Under the pieces are notes generated by a model. That model had not been told where the DNA came from and searched no databases. It was given only the letters and a program-made list of their open reading frames with translations. The position numbers were made by a program, and so were the translations under genes. A stretch of 56,664 nt of DNA, the filler included, from Catajapyx aquilonaris (taxonomy: Eukaryota), in the NCBI GenBank assembly GCA_000934665.2. It is 4 parts of 4 records of this genome, joined end to end, with 100 filler letters (N's around TTAATTAATTAA, not from the genome) between each part and the next. Parts side by side here need not be neighbours in the genome. Positions count along the whole stretch, not along the records: positions 1 to 13,981 come from JYFJ02007923.1; positions 14,082 to 28,047 come from JYFJ02007924.1; 2 more parts are not named here. The stretch is one strand, 5' to 3'. Positions 12,315-24,400 of the stretch are shown piece by piece (within the stretch, counting starts at the first letter, position 1; the number at the start of each line of letters is the position of its first letter).

Positions 12315-13233
12315 TACTCCACATATATACAGGATGGTAGACTAGTTAATGACCTATGATCATATCTGCAGGAAGTGACCTGACAGGCAGGTGCTGAGAC
12401 TATTTGCTAACAGGAACCATTGCTGAACTCTGTGATTTATTGTGGAAACATATCTGACAACAGTGGTTCCTGGTCACAAATGGGCATGGCGCTGGCCAGA
12501 CATCAGTTCCTGCAGATGAAGCATTCACCGTCAAGTTGGTCACCTTTTTGAGTCACCCTCAAAGATTTTGATTGGTAAATATGGAATAACAATGGGTATA
12601 TGTTTGTAGGCGACAGTTTTCCTGTATAATCAAAATTACCTTGTTCTCAAGAAAGAACATAACTGGATCTTCAAGTATGATGTGTGGCTACTTGCCTTGG
12701 ATTACCATTTGCAGATGTTTTCTAACTGTAACAAAAGGCCTGCACTTGAAAACTGCAATATTATTCTCCCATGTTAGTAGGCAACTAGGTGTTCCACAGG
12801 GAAACTCTTGTGTCTACACACCAATGATGTAGCCAGGATTTAAGTTTGTGGGGAAGGGGGACAAATTTGACACTCCTTAACCCTCCCCATCATAAGACTG
12901 CTAGTGAACACATGTATGATTATGTTGATAGCCAATCTTCTACTACGTTTATTGTTATCTATTAACAGTGGAACTTTGAAAGTGTAATTTTAAAAAATTC
13001 ACAATGGTTTGCCCCTAGCTGCACCCTGCCAGGCATTGTCACTACAAATGTCATTACTAGAGAAAGGATTTCGAGGTTTTTACTTACTTTTTATTTTGTA
13101 GGCAGAACACCAGAAACAAAATATCTATCAGTTTCATAACACAAGGACCTCAAATCATAGTTTTATAGAACCTAAAATTTCCTATTTCGGACGTTGGCCT
13201 ATTACCTCCTATTTTGTACCTATTTCGACCTTA

Positions 13234-13551
13234 TTGACGCCGTTTTGTAAGATTTTCGAGAGTTCTGCGAGTTTCCCGTTCAAGGAATTTCTCCCACTTC
13301 AACATGTGACGAGCGAAGAAGCTGTAGGCATGTCAGATGAACTTACTGTAGGAGACATTTCACTTTTCAAGTATGATCCATTTGCTTTGTGTGATGTCAA
13401 AAGGTCATTTTCAGCATGTAGAAATGTACTGTCAGACAGGCATCGCCGAATAACTGTGATTAACCAACGAAAATATGGAATAACTGCTAGTTTGTTACTG
13501 TGCTGTAAGATTCCACGACCAAGAGTAGGCTGTAATATGTGTAGAAATTAA
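13234..13551 (+). pseudogene. Relic of a hAT-like transposase C-terminus
   Basis: DISLFKYDPFALCDVKRSFSACRNVLSDRHRR resembles the FKYAP.TS.DVERSFS.YK.+LSD.RR motif of insect hAT-like transposases. Confidence 0.55.
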
Positions 13552-13981
13552 AATAAATTGGGACCAACTGGATTTTTACTGCCTATTAAGAGCCTATTTT
13601 GACTGTTTTCAGGGCCTAAATGCCTACCTATTTGAGGGTTTTATAGAACCTAAAAATCAGTTCCTTAGTCATTACAAACCCATCGTTATTTAATATTTAC
13701 CGAATTTTAAAATCTGTGAGGGTTAGTGAAAAAGGTGGCCAGTTAGATATAAAAATGCTTTGAATGTGAGAATAGGTCATTAGTGGGCATTTCCAGCAGT
13801 GGAATTGGGTCAAATGTAATGGTTTACTCACCTCAGTCATGCACGTGCACTGTGCACTAGGGTGTAGCGTCATGGGCGATCTGGAGGCACATTTCAGGTT
13901 TTGTTAAGTGGACCTCCCAAACTTCAAATATGAAAATAAATTTTTTTTCCGACAAGTGTAACACCCCCTTTTTTGACCTTG

Positions 13982-14081
13982 NNNNNNNNNNNNNNNNNNN
14001 NNNNNNNNNNNNNNNNNNNNNNNNNTTAATTAATTAANNNNNNNNNNNNNNNNNNNNNNNNNNNNNNNNNNNNNNNNNNNN
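13982..14081. other. Artificial scaffold spacer N44-TTAATTAATTAA-N44
   Basis: Exactly 100 bp with stops in all six frames; identical to the spacers at 28048 and 42426. Confidence 0.97.
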
Positions 14082-14237
14082 AATACAATGCAAGTAGTTG
14101 TTAAAAAGTATGTATTCCTTGGCACAATAAATTGAAGTTTGGCTTCTTGGAACTTTCTGCTTTTTCCCAAAATTTGTTTTTCCAAATATTTTCGATCTGC
14201 AAATGGTTGAAGCTGCAGATATGGAGGGCCCACAGTA
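14082..14237 (-). mobile_element. Terminus of a pogo/Tigger-like non-autonomous element
   Basis: Minus strand TA|CTGTGGGCCCTCCATATCTGCAG...GATCGAAAATATTTGGAAAAA...AAAGTTCCAAGAAGCCAAACTT resembles Tigger/MER2-type ends as recalled. Confidence 0.5.
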
Positions 14238-14848
14238 CAATCAAATAACTTGAAGACCTCCGGGTAAGAATGATAAACAAGATCCAACTTTTTGTCAAAA
14301 ATGAGTTGAATATTCCATAGGATAGTTTTACTATCTTAGAATGTGACGGTTTGGTTGTGGTTGTGGAGTAATGATCACAGTCCACTATGGAAGGCCTCAA
14401 AAGAGGGATGTCCACAAGAATTGTGTGGGGCTTCAGAGTTGTGAAATTGCAAAACCTCACTGTCACATGAGGTGGACCTTGATCATTCGACCCCCGAAGT
14501 CTTCTCTTTACCATCTCAGGCCTAATCAAAAGGTCCATGAAAACCATTACAATAATTCCTTCTCAAGAGGATCAACCACTTCTAAGTATTTCTACTTTTT
14601 CAAATGTAATATTAATGGTCATGTTCTGGTATGAACACAACTCTGATGGGCTCTCAAACCAGCAAAAGCAATGTATGACAAGGTCCAAATGGAATTAGTA
14701 TGAGACTACATAACAGATGGACCTTATCATACATGGGAATTTTTTTTACAGGATGGCACAACTGATGTACTGGACTACCCTACACTACATGATTATTATT
14801 TGGCAAACCACAAAATGCTATTTGGCTAAACAACCCTCTCCCATGTAC

Positions 14849-14962
14849 CTGGCTAGAAAACATCTGGTTGTGACACATATAAACACCCAGGTCAAAGTTC
14901 CGTTTCTCGTCCCTCTGCAGGTTATCCAAGCACAGGCTGGGCAGTGAGACATTGTTGCGAAC
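14849..14962 (-). CDS. pgant1: pgant1 lectin alpha-repeat exon variant B (near neutral)
   Basis: [50 protein letters not shown]; 114 nt, phase 0-0; not in the ORF track. Confidence 0.82.
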
Positions 14963-17900
14963 CTGTGGTTTTCAGTGGAGGGAATGATGATGCACATTTT
15001 GTATCCCCCCGTCCTCCCATCCCATCCACACGTTCCCTTCCCTACCAAAACCACCTCCTCCTACTGCAGTGGGGGAAGCCTAACAGGGTGTTGTTGCATT
15101 TACCTGCTCGGGTCCCATATAATCTTTGCAGTCTGTCACTCCAGGGTAAAACTTTTCATCCGCGTCTTCCAGCCCCAAGGTGTCTAAGCACAAGGCACTA
15201 CTTGGATTGGCCAGCTTGAAAAAGTTGAAATGGAGAAATGATGGGAGAATTTTGAAAGCATAATTTTGAACCCTAGTGAAAGGAAGCGATGGCCAGAAAT
15301 ATTGAGACCAACACCCTATAGACTTCTGTGTAGTAGTAGGAGGAGGAGGAGGAGGAGGAGGAAAGCAAAATTCCCCACATAACCATGCATACCAATTGCA
15401 TAATGCTGTGGCTTGGTGCATCATGATAGCATAACAACTGTAAGGCTGGGAAAGCCTCTAACAAGCATGATGAAAAGGCAGATGTTTCTGCAGTAATACA
15501 CACGTGAAAATATCTATTCACAATGTAGCGTGAAAGTGATGCAATGCACCAGGCCACAACTGTAAATGTTTCAAAGGTTATCAGAACAATGGGCTGCAGG
15601 TGGTGAAGCACAGTGGGGGCAGCAGGGAATCAGTTAAGACTTATCAGGTGCATTCACACCATCTTGGGCGAGTCTAAAAGTGCATCAGATTCATTTCAAT
15701 AATGCGGGTAACCATACACCAGGACCAGGTGGTACAATATTGGTAGTGGAACAAGTCCTGCTGCCTGCTTTCAAGCAGTGCCTCACCCAGATGAGCTTCA
15801 CCACTTGCGCTAAATGTGAACAAACAGGTTATGGTCATACAGAATGGCCCCGATATTTCTCTGAATATTAGTTGGTACTGACAACCTCAAGCCCTTTTTG
15901 ATTACTGTTATTATTGTTACTGCAAAATTTTTGAAAATACCTGCCAGTTGGCACTGAAGCACAATTTGCTGAAATAAAGCAGCTTCAAATTGCTTAAAAG
16001 TATCCATGCAGAATATGAAGACCACACTGCATGTACTGGCTTTACACAGAGAGAAGGACCTCAGTTGATGCTTTTTAAATACTGATTGTGAATGACCTGT
16101 GAGGACATGGAAGTGTCACAGGTGATTTCACAGAGGTTGCCCAAGTGAAGAGTAATTACATTACCTGCAGCCATCTGCCTTCCTTCAAAAAAATGGACAA
16201 ACCTTACGAATATTTCCATTGTTATAGTGCAATCTTAGCAGGACCCTTCTCTCCTTGGACCAGAAGAACTGCATGCAAAATATCTAATATTTCATGTTAC
16301 AAGCAGAAATATTTGTACTCTGTGAATGTTATTGCAAATGTTATTATGGCTAATAAGTGAGTTTGATTGTTTATTCCTCTACGTACACATCAGCTAGAGC
16401 TAAGCAGAGGCCTACTCACCCGTCCGTACCACTCAGAACCTGTATCCAAAATAAACTTCTGTGGATAGACATTCTGGAGATACCAGTCAAAGCTCTTGCA
16501 CTTCTTATCCTTACGGAATTGAATCCTATCTGCCACACTTCCATAATTGATTGTCTGTAATGTTGAGAAATTTTACTATGACAAAGGCTGAAATTGATCA
16601 GCCTTGGGTAGCATCGCCAGAGGGGGAAAAACTACTTGTCAAAAGAGTATTCTATTGCCTTACATAATTATGACACACAATTTTCTCACACCAAGCAGTA
16701 CCATTTGGTAAGTTTTTGTTTCACTTTTCTATCAACATGCCTAGGCAAAATTTCACTCCATTTCTGGTACTTAAAAATTACATCAAAAACTTTCTGCTAT
16801 ACTGTTTCTAATGCTTTATTATAATAGCTTCAATTTGAGTTGGTATTTACTATGCATTAAAAACTCAACTGAAAACTTCGTTCACACTGCATTAGCAATA
16901 AAATCACTATAAATTTCTCTGCTCCAATCTTACTTGCATGTCTGGACGATGGAGGTAAAAGAGGCGCTTGTAATCGTCCATCCAGACTTCGACCATACGG
17001 ACGGTGTTGATCCCATGGGTGTCTTTATTTCCTGGGAAAGTGTATGGATGGAAGGAGCGGAAGATGTGCCCCACCCTAGAGCATGGGATGGTCTCCAGGG
17101 TGCCTCCACACTGCCACACTCTGAATGCCATTTCCAGGTTCTCCCCACCCCAAACGTCCATCCCGCTATCGTAGCTGCCAACATCCCAGAAGTACTGGCG
17201 ATCCACTGCAAACAGTCCACCAGCCATCGTTGGTGACCTGGTGGCTCCCACCTGGCTTCCCCTCCGCTTCTCTTCCGCTTCAGAAATATCAATCCATGTG
17301 AAGTGTCCACTCCAGCTGAATCCACCCACCTGGAAAAGGGCAAAAATTTAGTAATACATATCAAAGCTCAAATAAATATTACAACACTTTAAATTGAAAA
17401 GGTTATCATCACAAGTGCATCTCATCATGTGACAAGTGATGCTTTTCCATACCTGGAAGTACCGTCCATTTCCATGATAATACTCCAAAGTCTTGTCATC
17501 AATGACATCAATAATTGGGACAAGGATGGTATTTGGTTTTTCCTTGATCCTTTGCAACAATGGCTCCAGCCATTGTTCATTAGCCTCACAGTGAGAGTCT
17601 AAAAATACCATCACATCTCCTGTGGCTGTCTTTGCTCCCTGCAAACGAGCTCGGATCAATCCATTTCTCTCCTTGAGTCTGAGGATCCTGACTTTCCGGG
17701 GAAGCCGTGTTCGGACAAAGTAGTCTAGCTTTCCCTTCAGTTCAACTCGGTCACTGAAGTCATCCACCAATATTATCTCCTTGAGAAACTTGGGTGGTGA
17801 GCGGTTTAATACACTGTATATGGTGCGTATCAAGGGACTCCAAGCTTCATTGGTAAAAATTATGATCACGCTTGCTTGCGGAAGAGTTGCATCATAGGTC

Positions 17901-20582
17901 AGGTCACGGCACATTGTGTCACGAGTGTCAGGAACAGCCCTGGAATAAAATTGTTTTGTGACAATATTGTACATAAAAATTGTCATTTGATTAGCCCAAA
18001 GAAATAATTCACACATCATTTATTTATTGTGCATAGAGACACAACTCTACATTGATGTCTCAGAGTTTCCCAAAATTTGCAAATCATCAAATATTTTCAG
18101 TAAGCCCCAAAATAAACCTAGATCCATACCTGGTGAGTGAAATTCTATCGCTGAGCAGGATATTGAAGGCTTCTTTCTTCATGAGCTCTTCAGCTTTCTT
18201 CTCGTCTTCTCCTTTCAAATGTACAGGGTCACCCCCTTCCCCTAGGCCAGCCACCACTTTCTGGGTATCCTCCGCTATTTCTCGCTCGTATCGGGCTCCA
18301 TCCTCTTCCTCGTGGTAGCGGTTGGGAACAGCAAATTCCGAGTTGTCCGGCTTCTCCACCCGGTCCACCTCTGGGCCATCCGGTTTGGGCAAGACATCTA
18401 GTTCCTTCCCAGGGCCAACCACTTGCAGCATCTGCTCCTGGACTTGTTGTTTCAGGCCGTTCTGAGGAGGTAGCAACGCCTGGAAACATTGGCAAATATT
18501 ACACTTAAATGAATCTACAACATCCTTTATGTGAGTGCATACATGTGCAGTATACACATTTCCAGGGTCCATTATATGCAGGCTTCAATATTATGTTACT
18601 GGAGCACTTGTCAATCAGCAACCATAAAATTTCCAACAAATATTACATATTCATCCAAAGTAGGTCATGTTATCATTTCACGGAGCAGATGTAGCAATCT
18701 TTGGCATTTATGAACATATATGCAGTCAGAGTGAGATGGCGCAACAGCCTCTTATTTATTCATGCAGGTCTGCAGCTCATGGCTGCAATAATCTATTTAC
18801 AATGTGGCGAAAATATTAATCACAACGCAGGCATCTGGTTCCCTCCCAAGCATGTTGATGATAATCATTAAAAACCAGATCCTCCAACACCAATTCATAC
18901 TTAGGTCAATATAAGCAGTGACATAGCCCCATTGTAAGCAAGGTTGTCTGCTGGTTAATTTTGGAACACAATGTACTATCTGCTATCACATTCTTTGCTA
19001 TTTAACTGCAAACGCCTGACACTATCGCAACTGTAGTCATAATCAGTTTGTCAATGTAGGTGTGAAGTTAACTTGTGATAAATGCGAGGGTAGATCAAAA
19101 AGACTTGCCCTTTCATGTGCATATGTCAGCTTCAGTTTCTGTAACGAAGCTTAGAAGTTTAAAAAGTTGTGAATTACTTTTTGATTCTCCATGGTAAGTA
19201 ATGCATTAGAGAAAACAATTTTTAATGTACACTACTTGATTGACTGAAAAAATCATAATCTGATGGATGAAATCCACTATGTCAAATTTTGGTGGTTTTG
19301 AGTCTCTGGAGCGGCCAGAACATTTTTTTTTGGCTCTTATGTGTTTATATGGGTAGTGGGCATTTTCTTATTCAATTTGGAGAATTTTCTTGATATCTGT
19401 GACACAGATAACAGAAATATGTGCGGTATATAAAGACATTATTGTTAGCAGAAGTTTGCAACTCTACTGCACACAGGTTTCGCTGTATTAGTTTTAATTA
19501 CTTCCTCAAAAGAATATTATATCATCAATGTTTTCATTCAATTAAATAATGTAACAAGTGTAAAACATTGGGAATGAACATCCTGCATTTCCGTCAAAAC
19601 CTGTTACTCCCGGAACACTGATTGAGCAACGAAAACATCAATTACATGGCAGCCGCACAAAAGCTGCTCCAAACATGACAAGCTAATTGCAATCCTGCCA
19701 GCATCTGGAGGTCACAACTGCAGCAGTTGCACCGAAAGTCAGAAATCACTCACCGGGAAAATTACAATGTCAAAATGTGCACTTTATTAGCCATGTTATG
19801 AAACAAACGCCCTGAGGATATAACGTGCACCAATTCTTTTTAACGAGCCCCAGGAGCTAGGGCCAATAAGACATGTTACGATCACACACATGACATGACT
19901 ACACTGCAAACAGCAAAGTGCCATAAAGCATTAAAAGAGCATAAAAAGAGCTTCACCCACAGAAAAACCATTTTTTTAATGCTCATGCGATGCTCTTTTA
20001 ATGTTTTTTGTTGCTAAAAAGCATTTTAAAAAACACCACAAGAGCATTACCATAACAATTGATGCTCCATGGGAGGCTCACTAGTGATGCTATTTTAATG
20101 TTTTGCAGTTTACAGTGTACTCCTTCTCCAATGCTTATCATATCCCCCCCAATGTATCTCCACCTTGTTGCGGTGGGGGGCTTGCATTTCTCCTGTGACC
20201 CTAAGAGCTACACCGGTGGTAGCTTTGTCAACTGGCAAGGCCACCCAAGTCGGACAGGTCTTTGGGGCATAGGACAGATACCAATCATTCCTCTCTTCGT
20301 TTCTGTCTCCATCTGTCCCACCTTTGTCGTCTAATAGCCAGATAGACATGGTTGCTTTGGCTCCTTCCTAATGAACCGAAACCATCCAAGGGTTACCTTC
20401 TCCTCCTCGTCGTGCAGTGGCTGCTCTGCCTTCTCGTATGAGTCGTCGCTGAACCTCTCCCTCCTCCTTCCGAGCGACCTCTCCTGCTTGGCCCAGGAGA
20501 GAAGCAGCAGGAGGAAGACAAGCGCCCCGAGCAGCTTATAGACCAGCCACCTCCTCCTGCGGTGGCACAGGTAGCCCAGCAT
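14849..20582 (-). CDS. pgant1: Polypeptide N-acetylgalactosaminyltransferase, pgant1-like; exons 20582-20397, 18479-18130, 17939-17453, 17329-16934, 16554-16420, then 15214-15104 and/or 14962-14849; 3' exons missing
   Basis: Type II TM anchor ([19 protein letters not shown]), stem, GT-A motifs [35 protein letters not shown] (DxH), [22 protein letters not shown] and CKSFDWYL, plus the ricin CLD motif. All introns are GT-AG with consistent phases (0,2,0,0,0). [12 protein letters not shown] and DTHGINT point to the pgant1 lineage. Confidence 0.93.
15104..15214 (-). CDS. pgant1: pgant1 lectin alpha-repeat exon variant A (acidic)
   Basis: [50 protein letters not shown]; 111 nt, phase 0-0. Confidence 0.8.
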
Positions 20583-21432
20583 CCTCTCTACCCCAGATCT
20601 ACTACTCCCTCGTCTCCAGCAGCCTCCTCATCATACAGCAGAAGAGGTGGTGGCAGTGTCGTGACATTCCATCTCTGGTGGGGACGACCTTCCTTCTTTT
20701 TCAGACCTGGTGCATTACAGGAGCTAGGCGGAGAGTGGTGGGGAGAGAGAGAGAGAGGACGACGGACGTCACGCACCGGGTGAGAAACGTGTCAGGCCGG
20801 ATGGGGGCTAAACAGGCGGCCCGCCACGTTCGCACTCATTTCCCCCGTCCTCTCCCTTTGGGATATGCTAAGTACCGGGCGGGAGGTGGCATAACGAACG
20901 ACACCTATTGGACGCGCCGGCAAGGTTGGTGCCCCTTCAGGTAAATGTAGCAGCTACTCTCTCCGTCCGCGAAACTAATACGCGTTTGCGTGTAGCGGCT
21001 ACATCTTCCCCCCCACTTCACGTGTAGCAGCTGCGTTGCGTGCAAAACTTCAAGTCCGTGTTCCAGAATCCAATATGGCGCATGCGTAGTTGTCGCGTGT
21101 CGCAGGCAGGGCTCTTCCCAGGTGGAACACGGGCAGAGCAGCGGAGGAAGTCGGTGGGCGAGAGTGTGAACTGTGAAGAGGGGGAGACTCCGCCAAAGCT
21201 CGGCTCTCTTGGGGAGAGCTAACGGCAACAGCTGATCCGGAACAGAAAAAAAGAAGGGGGCGTTTGCAGCAGTGGGAGGAGGAGGAGGAGGAGGAGGAAA
21301 GAAAAAAAAAGGACAGCAAACCGGAAACTGCTGGTCAGAAGAAGGTATGTTCCATTGGCATCAGCGGGTGGTTGAGAGCAGTGGTGATCATTTGGCCAGT
21401 TTGCAGATGATGAGGGGAGGTCAGCATGCGGA
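20583..21432. promoter_or_regulatory. CpG-rich putative bidirectional promoter between pgant1 and the RhoGAP gene
   Basis: The start codons are 850 bp apart and divergent. The region is CpG-rich relative to flanking introns and has CACGTG and GCGCATGCG motifs plus a possible 62-bp 5'UTR intron at 21345-21406. Confidence 0.55.
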
Positions 21433-24400
21433 ATGAGCCGGAGTGGTGCGATCGTCCGTGTGCTGTATGACTTCGAGTACGGCACGGACGGTGGGAAGCA
21501 GGTATGGATGAAGGAGGGGGAGAAGCTGCTGCTGCTGCGGAAGACCAACCTTGACTGGTGGCAGGTTATACGGAAGGGGGACAGGAGGCCCTTCTATGCG
21601 CCAGCCACCTACGTCGAGGAGCTCATCAGTCCGCAGGTATCATTACCAGGGAGGAGAGATAGTTTAAGTGAGCAAACAGGAAGGGCTGCAGGCAGGGAAA
21701 GTGTCCTTGCTTGCAGTGTTTGTAAAATTAAATAGGCTGTATTTGTTCACTTCATAAGCATTGAGAGTCGTTAATCCTGGGTACATTGTCTGCCATCAGT
21801 GGTGCAACCCAGCCATAGTTCAGTTGCATACAAGTTTAAAATAGTGCCCCTGTTGCCATTATTATGGTAATATCAGCTGCATTATTCACAAGCGCATTCT
21901 GTGACTCACTGGATGTAGGCTATAACGGTTCATTTCATTGCAGCCAGCAGACAACTCCATAGAAAACGGATCGGCAACGTCCCCTGAATCGGGTTACACC
22001 ATGACTTGCCCTAAGCTGTCAGCGGGTGATGAGTGGGAACAGCGGCGACTGTGGGCCCAGAAGGAACTGATTGCCGAGCTGGAGAAGAAGAACAGCCGAG
22101 CCAGCACCGGCAGTGGGAGTGACTCGTCGTCCTCGGTGGCATCACGCATCCTGAAAGATCTGAATCGAACCTCAACGTCGTCGCTGCCATCGAAACCAAA
22201 ACCAGCGCCACGAACCTCAACCACAAAAAGTGCAAACTACAGCAAAGTCACACTAGGCAGCTGCAAGGAACCAGTGATCGAAAATGCTCTTCCGAGGCAG
22301 TTATCCGGCTCGCTGGAAGAGATGGCGCAGCAGATACAGTTTTCTACCGTGAATGACGACGAAGTGTTTGAGGATGCGCCCGACTCAAAATACATCTACG
22401 ATCTTCCACCAAAGCCAGTTCCAGCGCCGCGCAAGTGTGATGCAGTGCCGCGTGTACCTCCATGTCCATTGGCATTTGCAAACCCGTTGTATTCAGAGTC
22501 GGATGAAGATGTACCTCTTAACTCACCCCATCCAATCATGCCTGCAGTGCAACGAAGAGCAACACCATCTTCACACGGAGGAGAGACCACGGAGGATTCG
22601 TTGCCGTTGTCAGATGGCGATGCTAGTGAACGGGATGCCAGTGTCATTGGATCGTCTGATGAGAACCTGGTGGATTCAATGGATCAGGTACAGCAACTTT
22701 TGGCTTGTTTTTAAATTGCTCGTTATGATTTGGAACAAGGCAGGATATCGCTTGATTGCGGCTACAAAATGGACGCAGATTATGTAGCAGGACGTAATAT
22801 TAGTGGAAAAGCGGGAGGAAAATGCAGTTACGATATTTGGCCATTGTTCTATTGTGAGCAGGATAGTGGGAGACACGTGACTTTCTTAGTCATTTATGAT
22901 AAGAGGTTGTCCATAAAGTATGGTGAGATAGTTTGATTTTATTCGTATTTATGAATTCCACCGATTCTGTGTCACTCAAGCCAGGAAAAGTATACTGCTA
23001 GTGTATATTGCAATTTTTTCACTGGTTTTTCACCCTCATGTAAAGTTTCCTTCATATTTTTCTTCAGTTACATACTGTTACAATAAAACATTCAATAGTC
23101 CTCAGTGTGAACAGTGAGGTCTAGAACCCCAGCTGTATGAAGCCATGGAGTAACTTCATACACCAAGGCAAATCCATAGCCATGAGTGAGGTATCAAATC
23201 AGCTGACATTCATCATTCTCAGCAGATTACATTTTGATGTCATTATTAGTGGCAACCAGTTAAATCCCCCATGGTAAAAAGGCTGGCATAAAATGGTCTG
23301 CCTTGCTGCTCTGTATCGTTTTTGACACGAGACCATTAAACCACAGCCTTCCATTGGTCTCTACTAATGCAATATGATTACGAGAAGGAAGAAGAAACAT
23401 GCCACATGACCCATGAATTTATTTTATGATCAGGATATTACAGAACTCCCCCACCAATGATGTGCATGTGACGATGCGACTATTTTATGAGCTTCCCCTT
23501 CAGATGCATGCATACAAAGCTTATTTTCATATGGATTGCTTTACCAGGTAGGTACTTTGTAATGATAGCGGCCAGCATAAGGGGGGTTCATAAATTAGTC
23601 ATATTGGTTGCTCATAATTGATGCAGCAATTATTATCCATCAGTATCACCCAATAATTTCTTTCTACTGGCACTGAATGACCGGCATGAACATGTTCAAT
23701 GTAACACTTGTTCTGCCATTGGTAATGGCCATGTTCTGATGAGCTTACTTTGATTGAATATGCCCATGCCAACAGAAAGAACAGTAGAAAAAAATTATTG
23801 GGTGATACTGATGGATAATAATTACTGCATCAATTACGAGCGACTAATTTATGAACCCCCCTTTTTTAGAATCCATTTGTAACTAAGGTAACTTGCTGTC
23901 AGCACATATTCACCTTGACTGATGTGCCCTCCCAGGGTACAAACCAATAGTGGGCATGGTGAAGCCATAAATATTTAGAGCTTGCCTAACTGGGAGGGTT
24001 TTTATGGATGGGAGTTATCCAGTCACTGAAAGACGAGTTTGGAAGAGCATCAAGTCATGGACCACCCGGCCTGTTGCAAGGAAGGGGAATTCCCCTAGTA
24101 AATGAATGAACGTTGTATCTCCATGGGAAATCTCAAGCATTGTTTTGCATACAACTCCCCTGAAAAGCAGAACAGATTTTTGGACACAGGCCCTTCAATT
24201 ACGTGCCTTGCTGTACATTCATTTTTTTCCCTCTCCTCGTGACCTACATGAATATTGTACAGTATGGTTCTGCACATGAATTTTACATAATGGTCCACGC
24301 AGGATATTGAGGCTATCAGATCACCAACGCTAATCATCCGAATGCTCCACGGTCAGCTTCACCCCAGCCGTTTGACCTCCAGACGGTCAGTAAAAGTCTG

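Noticed and set aside
14026..14037. TTAATTAATTAA as a biological motif such as a piggyBac site
   Set aside because: It is centred in identical N runs three times and is an assembly linker.
15915..16040. Possible third pgant1 alpha-repeat exon ([22 protein letters not shown]) with similar Cys spacing
   Set aside because: No phase-0 acceptor or convincing phase-0 donor, and it lacks the G-x-x-x-C and terminal Q pattern of the two real exons.
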